A stretch of 63,449 nt of DNA, the filler included, from Aduncisulcus paluster (Eukaryota): NCBI GenBank assembly GCA_024181965.1. It is 11 parts of 11 records of this genome, joined end to end, with 100 filler letters (N's around TTAATTAATTAA, not from the genome) between each part and the next. Parts side by side here need not be neighbours in the genome. Positions count along the whole stretch, not along the records: positions 18,887 to 47,614 come from BQXS01012303.1; positions 47,715 to 59,644 come from BQXS01012304.1; 9 more parts are not named here. The stretch is one strand, 5' to 3'. Under the pieces are notes generated by a model, which saw nothing but the letters and a program-made list of their open reading frames with translations, made no database searches and was not told where the DNA came from. This document shows positions 46,756 through 57,761 of this stretch, piece after piece. The position numbers and the translations under genes are program-made. The number at the start of each line of letters is the position of its first letter. Position 1 is the first letter of the stretch.

Positions 46756-47056
46756 CTTCATTAATAATACTTAAACAAACGGTTCCTGATGGGTAAACGT
46801 TAGGGTGATACAATGGAGGGTCAAATTGAACACGGGGAGGACGAAGGGGATATTCATCTGGGAAATAGAGCATTGCACGGAAACATGCGCCCTCCCAAAC
46901 AGAATCTTCTTCACCAGGAATCCCACATATCCATACCTTTAGATCTCTTTTGCTCTTCCCATCGCGTCCAGGAGCGGGTCGAGCATGAAATCCTTTTAAC
47001 GGCTTCTTTTTTAATTGTTTTCTTTCCTCCTCAAGTCTTTTTATGCACAAGCTCAT
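46403..47056 (-). CDS. UBC9: SUMO-conjugating enzyme Ubc9 with a C-terminal extension
   Basis: KRLEEERKQ..GFHARP..WICGIPG..HPNVYPSGTVCLSII..SPAQ; ATG at 47056. Confidence 0.92.
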   Translation of the reverse strand: MSLCIKRLEEERKQLKKKPLKGFHARPAPGRDGKSKRDLKVWICGIPGEEDSVWEGACFRAMLYFPDEYPLRPPRVQFDPPLYHPNVYPSGTVCLSIINEDGWHQGLGVREILRGLKQLLDEPNEHSPAQKPAYQDFVHKKREYYMRCRTEALNNKSEDFLKRVVKDIKDKKIRYDQRPSRPGDDDRRPAKCSVAEFEKYTASLFSTLPKKRRSIAK

Positions 47057-47506
47057 TTCAAAAAATAAATTTGCTTCCACAATCAAGAGATGTGTTACCA
47101 AGAAATGGGAATTGATTGCTATCGGAAAGTGGATTAAGAATCAATAATAAATCAGTATTTCAAAAATATATCCTTCAACTAATATTTCATAATAAATACC
47201 TCCGTGGTGAGCTCGATCGTTCAGTTGTTGAATTGTGATATTCATGCTTTTTGACTCGGGGGGGTTTATTCAATTGTGATTAGCATATTCTAATAAAGAT
47301 TTATGGTGTTCGTATTGTTCCAAATCACCCAATGCGGAATAAAGTATGTATTAGGAAAGTTTGTGACGGGTCATTAGGGTGGGACTGAAATTGGTTGCTG
47401 TGGGATGATGATTATGTTCGGGTGGGTTGGAGTTTATATTCATAGCCTTATTTGTCAAACATTTGGTTTGTGAAAGAATTAAGTTGTAATTCTAAAGATT
47501 ACCATA

Positions 47507-47614
47507 ATGCTCCAAGACTCAGCTTGTGCTTCTCAGCGTAGCCCAGGTAAGCCAAATAAGAGGAGGCAAGCCCCACTCCAATTGCTTTCCCAGCCCTTGC
47601 CAAGAAATGTGAGA
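47507..47614 (+). CDS. Possible 5' end of an unknown gene
   Basis: ATG at 47507, MLQDSACASQRSPGKPNKRRQAP..., open to the contig end. Confidence 0.3.
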
Positions 47615-47716
47615 NNNNNNNNNNNNNNNNNNNNNNNNNNNNNNNNNNNNNNNNNNNNTTAATTAATTAANNNNNNNNNNNNNNNNNNNNNNNNNNNNNN
47701 NNNNNNNNNNNNNNTG

Positions 47717-48337
47717 TCCAGTCCTTCACTATCGCAATATTCAAAGGCTTCCCATTTTATTGGTTCGATACCGAGTGGTTGCACTGGAATTGTTGTTCAT
47801 GTTGATGATTCATTGAACAGGGTTCTTGTTGAACTTTCTCAATCTAAATATATCGAGTCCTCCTTTTCTTTTTCTCCCTCTTCATTGGCAACTTCTTCTT
47901 CTCATATCCTATCGGATGATCAGCAAGAATATCCACAACAACTATGGATGCATATCAGGGATATTAGGCTCCATAATGAACATGTTGTTAAACATGTTAT
48001 GCTTGACCATCATAGAAAACATTCTGACGGATCCATCTCATGTGATGATAAGACCATATCAGCGGTGTCGATTTGTACTCAAATATGTCCTGAAATTCGC
48101 CTTAAATCCTTCCATATCTGTTCATTTGGATGGGATATTCTCAAAATTGGTGAAACTGTGTATATTTTGGGACTTTCCAAAAATAGATCCACCTATGCTG
48201 ATTCAGATATGACTCGTCTCTTGAACAAGAAAGGAATACCGCAACAACCAGTGACTCTCAAATACATATCTATTCACCTAAGTATCCGGAAGGAATGTCA
48301 CTTTGAGAGCAAAAAAGAAAGAAAAAAATTGTCTTGA
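47717..48337 (+). CDS. C-terminal fragment of an unknown protein
   Basis: Frame is open from the contig start to TGA 48337 and followed by AT-rich intergenic sequence. Confidence 0.6.
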   Translation, partial: SSPSLSQYSKASHFIGSIPSGCTGIVVHVDDSLNRVLVELSQSKYIESSFSFSPSSLATSSSHILSDDQQEYPQQLWMHIRDIRLHNEHVVKHVMLDHHRKHSDGSISCDDKTISAVSICTQICPEIRLKSFHICSFGWDILKIGETVYILGLSKNRSTYADSDMTRLLNKKGIPQQPVTLKYISIHLSIRKECHFESKKERKKLS

Positions 48338-48799
48338 GTTCGTACAATGACAAGAAATCAACCGTTGATTCATGTGACATGATTCGTGTAATCAATAGTA
48401 TATATGTAAAGATAAAACACTTTAATTTAAATAATATTTTATTTGAAATTGTTTGATTTATCCATTAACAAAGTTCATTTTTTGAAGTGTTAGATCTATA
48501 GTTATTTTTATTATTCGACTAGATAATACAATAAGAAAAAAAAAATAAACAAATAAAAATTATTATTATTGTTTTCTTTTAAATTCTTTGGGTCGTTCAT
48601 CCCATTTATCCAAGAGGATGAACTTCCCAAGAAAAGTCATGTTTAGGGCTGCGTTCACATCCCGGTTGCATATTCTACCGCATTTTTGGACTAAAAACAA
48701 ACAAAAAAAAGCAAACAAAGGTAAATAAAATAATATAAATAATTAATACAATAAATATAATTAATGGTTAATAGTTAATTATAACAGATCTATTCGATC

Positions 48800-51700
48800 T
48801 TAAGGGATCATTTCCTCAAGGAATACATAGGGCACATATCCATGCTTGCTACCACACCTAACCATTATCCAACCCCCAGTCTCTTCCCCAATAGTAGTAA
48901 CGACCTCTCCCTGTTGTAGAGTAATCATTCGCTCATCCGTAGCATCATAAGGGTACATGACTCTGAATTTCTTTCCAGCCCGACTTTCTTCTTCTTCCTC
49001 TTCTTCCTCTTCCGCCTCTTCTCCCTCATATCCTTCAGCAGAACCACTTTGATACATTGCACTGGAAGAAGCGCCTGAACTTGAGGGTCCCGAGGAAGAA
49101 GATGACGAGGACGAGGAGGAGGACGAAGGAGATGTTGATGACAAAGCAATTCGATCATGCTCATTCCTTGCACTCTCAAGCTCTCTCTCCTCTCGAGTCA
49201 GCTCTCCATCACCATCGCTGAACATGGACTCTCTCCTGGAGGCCCCTGGAGTGAACGAGATCCCTGGAGAAGACTGTGAGTGGAAAACAGAGGAGGATCC
49301 AATCTTTGCAGGTGAAGTGGAGGAGAATCCATGAGCAGAGTCAATGGCACGTGATTGGAGAGAGTGTTTGGTCGTAGAAGTGGTATCAAATGAAATGGAA
49401 TGACGTTTTTCAAAGAACTTCTTAAGTTCATTGTTCTTTTTGAGGAAATGAAGCGGATTCAAATATTGGTCACCCTCATCAGCGTTCCTAAGTTTGGGAA
49501 TACGCATGGAATGTCTTCTATAAGCCTTGGAGATACTAGCTCTTGCGGATGCGAACACGGTAGGGGTATCAGAAGAAATAAGAGAATCGAGAGTGTGTGA
49601 AGAGGAAGAAGCAACAATATGAGGTTCGGGAGAATGCTGGAAATCAGGTTCTTGCGTTCTTGCAGAAGGTTTTGGCTGATACATTTCCTCTTCTTCCTCC
49701 TCCTCTTCTTCTTCCATCTTTTGCTCATAGCCTTCGAATGCAAATACTGCCGTGTCTCTCCGTTCTTCATCCCTTCCAACTTCTCGTTCGGGACTTGCAC
49801 TCGCATTAATGGGCGGAGAAGACATATCCTCTGAGGCTCCATGAGGCACATGGGTCTGTGTGAGTGAAGAGCCAGAAACATTATCGAATCGAACATCAGA
49901 GAAGATAACTTTCTCTCTCTTCTCAGGGGACTCTCTCTTCTGTTGCTCGGTCTTCTTAGCCTTGAACCCAGGGCCTCCATGCTCCATTTCAGGCTCTTGT
50001 TTCTTGTCCAGTTGTATTTTGCTCGCGGGATCAATGATATTCCCATGCCTGTCAGCGATGGGAACAGTCCACCGATCAAGATCGAGACCAAACGGTTGGG
50101 ATGCATGGATTGGTGAAGTTCCATACCCATCAATATACATGGCAGATTCGTCAACATGTAGTTCCCTTTCTTTCCACTGCTCGGAAAGAGCCAGAGCATT
50201 CTCCTCGGACTTGGCACGTTGTTCGTCCTCTCTCTCTCTCTCTTCCCTTTCTTTCTCCATTTGAATACGCTCATGTGGTGTTTCCGGCTGTCTGGGGAGT
50301 ATAGAAGCCGCCAAGATCCGTTTCTTTTCAACTTCAAGTGAGGATGGACTTGTCTTGAGGCTAGGTTTTGCAGGGACGGAGACGATTCCCCTATCCTTCG
50401 ACTTGGGTATGGTTTGGTCAGAATACTCAAGGGAGGATACTCCAGCCGCAGTAATGTCAGCATTCGTCATTGCGACTTCGGGAGTCTGTGTTGAAGTATG
50501 ATCATCCTGCGCTTGAAGGGCATCCTTTCGCTCTTGATGCATCCTCCGTTGCGTCAACGATGCTCCTGGAGGTGCGTGCAGACTTCTTCCACCAAGAACA
50601 GAAACTGGACATGCACTGCAATAGACACTCACACCAGAATCACTAAGAGGCTGATAAAACAACTCTATGGACCTGCATTGTTCCGCAGATAAGGTAGGGT
50701 TTTGACTCAAATCAAGTTCTTTTGTTACTTTTCTGCGAATACAGACATCTCTGCACCGAACAACATGAGATAGCGGGATCGGGTTATGAGTAGCGTAGAC
50801 ATGACGAAGAGATATTGTCGTGAATAGATAATGAGCTAAAATGGTACTCCCTCGATCCGAAATAAAAGTTCCAGAGATATCGAGGTGAGAAATGTTATCA
50901 GCCTTCTGAGCAACACTAAGAAGGGTAATTATGCCATTATCTCCTAAATAATTGTTAGAAAGATCCAAATGAGTCAAGGGAAAATGTGATAATGATAAAA
51001 GTTCACTCAGACCAATAATTGAGGAAGAACCAAGTCCACATGAGGACAACTTCAAAGTAGAGAGGCAAAAGGGTCTAGTTTTTACCATTAAGCATGCATT
51101 AGATGCAAGAGTATGGAAAAGATTATTTGTACCGTTCCAATGCTGAGATTCAGTTGTTTGTTGGGATGGTTGTAGGAGATGGGCCAAAATGGAAGGTCTA
51201 GGAATTAAATTGGACTCTCCCGCAAACGATATCTCACTTTCTTGAGGAATATTACTCAATCCTTCTCCAATTGGATTAAAGGATAAGGACAAGCTCTCTA
51301 AATGAGACAAACTCTGGCAGACATCTGATAAATACATACAACCATAACCTGAAATATTATTACATGATAAATCAAGTTCTTTCAATTCTGTTCCTCCAGT
51401 TCTTAGTGCAGTACATAGCAGAGGCATATGAGAATCACAGATAGCGGCATTCCGGCAAATCAGAGAAACAAAAAAAGAAGATTTTGCAATCGATGGAACA
51501 AATATTTCTAAAAACCTTTCTGGGGTAATCGATCCTCCACTAATATTCAAACTAGTGAGGTGAACTTGTGAATTCTTCATAAAACTGGAAAATGTTTCAA
51601 GTTGAACTTTAGAAACAGTTGATCTATATTTTATCGTTAAATTTCACGCAGAAGGAGAAATATAAATTCAATAATTAGGTAAATAACACATATCCTGAAT

Positions 51701-51937
51701 ATCCACAAAGGAAGACCTGGAAAAACAAAAATAAACATACAAAGAGAGATCAATTTCAACATATATCTCAATACGAGAGTCACAACAAGAATCCATAAGA
51801 CTTGCATTGTCTAACATAATCCCACCATCAGCACAAAAAAAAAGCTTCTTTATGAAAGACTTCAGGTGGGAAACATCAAAGGAATCATCCTTTAATGCAA
51901 TCTTTATCCTTTCAATATCTTCATTTGAGAGAGTCAT
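48800..51937 (-). CDS. RNI-like LRR protein with a C-terminal SH3 domain; exons 51937-51741 and 51623-48800
   Basis: LRRs LKELDLSCNNIS, LESLSLSFNPIG, LTHLDLSNNYLG; SH3 RVMYPYDA..ITLQQGEV..GGWIMV..GYVPYVFL. A 117-nt GTATGT..TAG intron (51740-51624) joins the upstream ORF in frame. Confidence 0.88.
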
Positions 51938-52171
51938 AGTGGCAAAATCACAGTTCCTTTCCTTGAAGTTCAACCAAACCAACAAGATTTGAAAAGGGGG
52001 CAGAAAAAGAATGTTTCAGAGTGATATATGCAATATGACTTTTAAAAAATTTGGCTTTTCATTATGGTACCTATTTTTCGATAACTTCACTGTAAATGTT
52101 CCAATTTGATTCATATCCAACTTTTTCGGTCTTTTTATTATTATTATTATTTCAATTCTAAAATATATCAA

Positions 52172-53341
52172 ATGCCTATATTTATTCCTGATGCTCTTCA
52201 GACTTGTGACTGTGGTACACCTGTTTCCGAAGGAAATTGCAAAGAACGTTGTTTGTGGGGTTCCATATGGGGAATAGTCGATGCTCTTTTTGCTGGACTT
52301 TTGATTCTTTGGATATTTACCAAGGGAATACCTCCCGTCGAAATTGGAATTCGTTATGGATTTTGGGGAGGAGAATTCCATTTAATGGAAGGGAATGGTC
52401 TTGTTTACCGACCTATTTTTTCCAAAATTGATTCTGTTGATTATACAAGTCATTCTATATCCATGAGTACGGACGTTCGGACAAATGACGGATTGATTAT
52501 CGAATTATCATATGATTTACATTATAGACTCGCTACATCCAAAAGTGATGATTTCATGGATTGGTATCTCACAGTACCTGAGGGAACTGACAAGCGTCCG
52601 AGGAGTAACCGAAATGTGGCCACAGTGGTGACTCAACAAGTTGAAGATAAATTGAGAGATCTAGTTTCAACGAAGGATGTTAATTTCATTGTCGATTCCT
52701 TCTGTGATTTTCAGGATTTTATTTCAGAACAGCTTCCATCGACTTTTGACGATACTCCAATTGAGATACGTTCTATTCTTTTGCGGGACTATTTCCTTCC
52801 TGATGAATTTGAGGAGATTTTGGAGGAACTTACAACTTTAACCCGTGAGCTTTCAAACAAAGATCAGGAATTAAGTTTACAAGAAGAAACCAATACAACA
52901 AACCTTGTGGAAGCTCAAGGTACCGTAGATGTTCTTCAAATTAATACAGATCAATCAGTTAATGAAATTAATAACGAAACGACTTCTCTTGGGTATGAGA
53001 ATTGTCGTGTTACCACCTCAAAAATCGATGCTTTTGATTTGTTTGTTCAAGGATTCTCTTATATTTCTGGGACTAATTCAATCAATGCAAGTCTGGATTA
53101 TTTCAAATGGGGCCGAGTTGGAAGTGATACTGACTATTTTGCATATGTTGGAACGGATGGTGATGGTGGCGTTTATATGAGCAGTCTTATCACGGAAGAA
53201 ATGAAAAATGCGAATATTGATCTTGAAGAAGTTTCTCTTGAAAAATTGGAAGCCATTATCGAATTATTTGATGAAAGTATTTGCAATATTGGAAGTGATG
53301 ATGTTTTGTGTTCTCCTGCTCTTGACTCAGAGATACAGTAG
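52172..53341 (+). CDS. SPFH / Band-7 domain membrane protein
   Basis: N-terminal TM, then GIPPVEIGIRY..GLVY..DVRTNDGLIIELSYDLHYRL..IEIRSILLRDYFLP plus coiled coil. Confidence 0.75.
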   Translation: MPIFIPDALQTCDCGTPVSEGNCKERCLWGSIWGIVDALFAGLLILWIFTKGIPPVEIGIRYGFWGGEFHLMEGNGLVYRPIFSKIDSVDYTSHSISMSTDVRTNDGLIIELSYDLHYRLATSKSDDFMDWYLTVPEGTDKRPRSNRNVATVVTQQVEDKLRDLVSTKDVNFIVDSFCDFQDFISEQLPSTFDDTPIEIRSILLRDYFLPDEFEEILEELTTLTRELSNKDQELSLQEETNTTNLVEAQGTVDVLQINTDQSVNEINNETTSLGYENCRVTTSKIDAFDLFVQGFSYISGTNSINASLDYFKWGRVGSDTDYFAYVGTDGDGGVYMSSLITEEMKNANIDLEEVSLEKLEAIIELFDESICNIGSDDVLCSPALDSEIQ

Positions 53342-53631
53342 GTGTCAATAAATTCAAATATTTATGCTCTAATTTAATCTGTTTTTTTCATGGCATTATC
53401 AACCACCCTATGACACTCCCGCTGACTCAGCATATTCGGAATATCGATTTTGTTGTTTTTGGTCGGTATTATCAAAATAGATTCTTCTTAATGGTTATAA
53501 CGGTATTTTTAAGATTAGAATTATATTAATCTTATTTGACTTTTTCTTTTTTACTGTTGATCTTCTGTCATCCTTGTCAAAGTCATGTCTCTTCCCCTCC
53601 TTTATATTTCTTTTTGTACCATTCTTTACAC

Positions 53632-56166
53632 ATGAGTCAACATTCATCTAAAAAAGAACAAAAGGTATTTGGTATTGATGTTCCACATGAAATTCAGAAT
53701 GAGAACCTCGAATCTTTGGAACTTGCTCTTGAGCTGATAATTGGTGGAAGAGTGCATGATGCTGTTGAGAATCACTATCGAAAAGATGTGATTCTTCATC
53801 ATTCATCAACAATGAAGACAAGTCGAGGCCATGCTGGAATTTACAAGGCAGCTAACAAACTAACTTCAGCCTTTTCTCATATCAAGTTAAATACGATTTG
53901 GAGTAAGCATGCTTGCGCTGATTATGCCACGATTTGGTGTTGTCTTGAAATGACTCATTCAAGTCCAATCAATTTGGGTCATGGAACTGCAGTTATCAAT
54001 CCGAAGACTCCCCATCAGGTTGTACAATTGCCATACACAGTTGTCGCTAGGTTCTGCAATGAGACTCCAGGGATGATAGCCGAAGTGTGGGCAATGGCTG
54101 ACTATATGGGTCTTGTCAGACAACTTGGTGTTGATCCGGAGACATCAATCATTGGAACCCGTCTTGCCGCAGCTCAGAGAACTCATAGAGATTTCCTTGA
54201 GCCAGATGAACATCAGAAGAGATTTTCTCTTCATATGCAGGGAGTTCCTCCTTCAGTGGTTTGTGCTCAAAAATTCTTACGTGCTTGCTCTGACTCTGAC
54301 TTCGCTGCTGCTGTATCACTGTGGGATCAAGAGGATGCTGTGATTATCCAAGATGCTGATTCAAAGCGTACCTGTGAAAAGATTGAACCTGAGCATTTTG
54401 ATGATACCGTTAATGCCCTTCGTCGTCTGTTCCGTGTTTCATATGGCTGTGAACAAGATGTTACTTTGACCCCACATGCTGTGATGTTTGGTCCTTTAAG
54501 AGCTGCTGCTGAACAGGGTTGGCAAGCTGGAAGATGTGAATATGTTTGTATAATCGGAGAAAAACGTGCTCTTCAGACAAATAAGGATTACACAATGTTC
54601 AAAGAAGATGATGAGGGAACGAAAGATTTTGATCGAGGTGTTCACCATTTAAAATGTTGCCATCATGTTGGAACAGCCATCCAACCATCTTATATCCACA
54701 CCCGTACCATGTTTGCTATGTATCTTCTCGTAAACAAGGAGAGAAATGCCATCTGTGGAATGTGGCATATGGATGATCATCCCACGCACTATGCTCAGAT
54801 GATGGTTCCTCCCTGCCATTCTATTATCTCTACCAGACGTACTGGAACCGCTGCTACAAGAGCCACCCTTCGTTTGATCGATGCCTTCGAAAGATGTGAG
54901 ACAGCTCGATCTGAATTGAGACACATTGTTAGCACCTTGAAATATCGTAACCATACAGAGCCTGAGGCTGCCAAGAGACTTGCCGAGAAATATGAAAGTG
55001 ACACTGGAATGAAACTTGGACAGGCTGCTCGTATTACATCCGCATTTGAATTTTGGCACAAAGCATTTTCTACAATCCGTGTTCATGTCAAAAGAACTGT
55101 TGCCTCTGATGATCTCTGTATGGCTAGGCTTTGGATCACTGCTCGTCACTCTGGTCCAATCGGAAGTGCTAAGGAACCCACTTATCGCCGCGTTGGAATA
55201 TCTGCTGCTCTTTCTGTGAAGATCGATGCTGAGGATGATCGCATCACTGATTCCTGGCTCTTTGTTGATATTCCCTCAATCTTTGCACAGATCAGAGCTC
55301 AGCCTCCTCTTGCCAAACGTATTTACATGCCTCCTGAGAAAGTTCGGAGTGAAGAGTCCTACTTCGAGCAAAGAGATGAGAGGAGTGCTCAGGAAAATGC
55401 CAATCTTAGAACCTTTGAGAAACTCATGTCTCACTATTCTCAACCTTTAGATCCCACAAGTGCTGCCGTGGATCAACTTACCAAGGGACTTGAGGATGTG
55501 TTTTCGTATGATTCATGTCTTGGTCACAACCCATCCACTGCCTATACTGCTGTCATTTCCAGCGAAGGTGGAATGTTGAATGGTGCTCCAAGCGGATGTG
55601 CTTCATTCGCCCCTGCAATGCAAACCCAAGCCGACGAGAAGATGAGACATCCTCACTCTCATATTGAGAAAGGCAAACATCTTTGTGCTCGTGCTCTGGC
55701 TGTGTCAAGAGCTCCTTGGACAAAACTTGAAGCCATCCCTCAAGTCGTTGTTAGTTCAGGCCCATACATTGCTGCTTGGTGGACGTGGCTTGGTGAGACT
55801 CGGAAGAAGGGTGAGTTAACTGAACGGAGCAGTGAAGAGGAGGAGGACATTGCCAAGGAGAGGGAGAAGGAGAGACTTTTCCACGAATACCACGGACATG
55901 TACTTGAAGAAGGAAAGAAATTTGCTGCTTCCATGTGTACATTTTATTCATTCTCACCCGATCATGGACAGGCTTATGAAGGAGTCCACCTCCTCGACAG
56001 ATGGAACAAGTGTATTCAGCTCAACATTGAAGATCCTTTCTTGTGTAGGAGAGGAAGTGTGTATGAAATGAATAAGACTGAACACGTTGTCCTACAGAAA
56101 GGAGAGGGAGAAATGGAAAGAATGGAAGGTGAAACAACTGATGTCGCTGCTGGACTTGGCGAATAA
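53632..56166 (+). CDS. Protein with about four tandem SnoaL/NTF2-like (ester-cyclase-like) domains
   Basis: Repeated C-terminal signatures IAEVWAMADYMGLVRQLG, ICGMWHMDDHPTHYAQM, ITDSWLFVDIPSIFAQI, AYEGVHLLDRWNKCIQL; HSGPIGSAKEPTYRRV resembles SnoaL HTG...PTGK.V. Confidence 0.7.
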   Translation: MSQHSSKKEQKVFGIDVPHEIQNENLESLELALELIIGGRVHDAVENHYRKDVILHHSSTMKTSRGHAGIYKAANKLTSAFSHIKLNTIWSKHACADYATIWCCLEMTHSSPINLGHGTAVINPKTPHQVVQLPYTVVARFCNETPGMIAEVWAMADYMGLVRQLGVDPETSIIGTRLAAAQRTHRDFLEPDEHQKRFSLHMQGVPPSVVCAQKFLRACSDSDFAAAVSLWDQEDAVIIQDADSKRTCEKIEPEHFDDTVNALRRLFRVSYGCEQDVTLTPHAVMFGPLRAAAEQGWQAGRCEYVCIIGEKRALQTNKDYTMFKEDDEGTKDFDRGVHHLKCCHHVGTAIQPSYIHTRTMFAMYLLVNKERNAICGMWHMDDHPTHYAQMMVPPCHSIISTRRTGTAATRATLRLIDAFERCETARSELRHIVSTLKYRNHTEPEAAKRLAEKYESDTGMKLGQAARITSAFEFWHKAFSTIRVHVKRTVASDDLCMARLWITARHSGPIGSAKEPTYRRVGISAALSVKIDAEDDRITDSWLFVDIPSIFAQIRAQPPLAKRIYMPPEKVRSEESYFEQRDERSAQENANLRTFEKLMSHYSQPLDPTSAAVDQLTKGLEDVFSYDSCLGHNPSTAYTAVISSEGGMLNGAPSGCASFAPAMQTQADEKMRHPHSHIEKGKHLCARALAVSRAPWTKLEAIPQVVVSSGPYIAAWWTWLGETRKKGELTERSSEEEEDIAKEREKERLFHEYHGHVLEEGKKFAASMCTFYSFSPDHGQAYEGVHLLDRWNKCIQLNIEDPFLCRRGSVYEMNKTEHVVLQKGEGEMERMEGETTDVAAGLGE

Positions 56167-56285
56167 TGTTTTTTTTTATTAGCAATTATTTAGGTTTAGG
56201 AATGATAATAATAAATTGTAAACGATATTTTTCTAATGGCTGATTGATATGGTGTGATTACATTTCGAATCTCATTTGGATCGTA

Positions 56286-57377
56286 ATGGGAAAGAAAACA
56301 AGAATCGGATCAAAGATTAAGAAACCTAAAAAGACTGGAATAAGAATTAACCCAGCTGGTTTGCTTGAAAATGGAATACAGGCTCTCCAAGAAGGTGATT
56401 ATGCTTCTGCCCTGTCTATCTCCGAACAGGCGTATAAATTAGCTCCTAAAAATGTTGAAATCATTGACTTTTATGCAGAATTACTTATTATTGGATCCGA
56501 ATATCTTCGTGCTCGCTCATTACTCCTAGAATCAATGGGGCTTGATAAAGTTGGAAGAAATAGAGCTACTCGGTTATTATCCTTGTCAGAGACATATTTT
56601 GGAATTGAAGGGGCGAAATATATTGAAGAAGCCATCAAAATTTTAAAGGAAAAGGAAGGCAGTGATGAAAACAAAAAAATGTTGTCCCATGCTTATTTTG
56701 CCTTGGCTGAGCGTTATATCTGTGGAGATAAGCCATTTTTATCTTTGAAATGCCTTGAAATGGTTGAAGGAGTTACTTTTGAGAAGCGTGTTATCTTTTG
56801 TAATTGTCTCCTAAATATCTTCTCAAAGTTCCATAACAAACAATTATCTTCGGAGGAACATGGTTTATTTATAACTCTTATTAAGCAAGAATCAACATTA
56901 TCGTCGGATTCCCTGTCTTCTGAAGCTGTTTTCTCTGTCATTCGTGATCTTGCCAAGAAGACCTATGATGACGTTGATCCTGTGATGCAACAGATATTGT
57001 CTGGTAAAGAAGCTGAGGAAATGCATGGAAAATTCCAGATTTTAATCTCTTTTGCCAAGCTTCTCTGTGAATTTTGCTTACACAAAGAATGTGAAGTTGT
57101 TGTGTCAGTATTGCTTTCTTATGAGAGTGACAATGAAGAGATCTTACTTATTGGAAGGATTAATTGTGTTATGCACCAGTCTCACGTTGACGTCGAAAGC
57201 AAAGAACACAAGAATGCCAGAGAGGCCGAGTTTTCTTATCTCGTGAAAGAAATTGAGGTGTTAAAGGCCAACAGTCTTATCAAAAGCGATGTATGGGATA
57301 TGTCTGTTGAAGAAATGACAAAACGGATGAGTTCTCTTGAGAGTGGTGATTTTGCCAAAGATGAAGAGGAAGATTGA
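56286..57377 (+). CDS. TPR protein (Acl4 / Rpl4-chaperone-like)
   Basis: Basic N-terminus, TPR helices (ALQEGDYASALSISEQAYKLAPKNVE) and an acidic C-terminus. Confidence 0.6.
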   Translation: MGKKTRIGSKIKKPKKTGIRINPAGLLENGIQALQEGDYASALSISEQAYKLAPKNVEIIDFYAELLIIGSEYLRARSLLLESMGLDKVGRNRATRLLSLSETYFGIEGAKYIEEAIKILKEKEGSDENKKMLSHAYFALAERYICGDKPFLSLKCLEMVEGVTFEKRVIFCNCLLNIFSKFHNKQLSSEEHGLFITLIKQESTLSSDSLSSEAVFSVIRDLAKKTYDDVDPVMQQILSGKEAEEMHGKFQILISFAKLLCEFCLHKECEVVVSVLLSYESDNEEILLIGRINCVMHQSHVDVESKEHKNAREAEFSYLVKEIEVLKANSLIKSDVWDMSVEEMTKRMSSLESGDFAKDEEED

Positions 57378-57761
57378 ATGGGTATAGTACAGTATATTCA
57401 AATTTGACTTAATCTTATCTCCCATGGGTATTTGTGATATGATATTCGATGATATTTTTATGCTAATGAATCTTCAGTCTCATTTATTTGCTTTAAAAAT
57501 GTAAAGTCGAACAAAACAAAATAGAGGATTATATTAATCCAGAATAAGTAACCATCTTATTCAAACGGTTTGAAAAATAAGTCCAAAATGAGAAAATTAC
57601 ATCTATCAGGAATAGGACATATAAAGAACAAGTTAATAAAAAGGAGCAAACAAATAGACTCTTTTTTCTTTAATAGTATGATAATAATCGAGGAAGAAAG
57701 AGTTTAGAAATGAATAATGCCATAGATAACGAGAAATCGAGTTGAGTTCGAACAAAAGCAA

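Noticed and set aside
47190..47500. G/T-rich intergenic stretch with an ATGATGA (C-box-like) motif as a snoRNA
   Set aside because: No convincing paired D box, terminal stem or guide; would need a covariance-model search.
49459..50463. 334-aa alternate-frame ORF inside the LRR-SH3 gene
   Set aside because: Overlaps a low-complexity linker, has no domain signal and is likely a compositional shadow.
57382..57396. GTATAGTACAGTATA echo of the satellite after the TPR gene stop
   Set aside because: Only about 1.5 units on a different contig; not distinguishable from chance.
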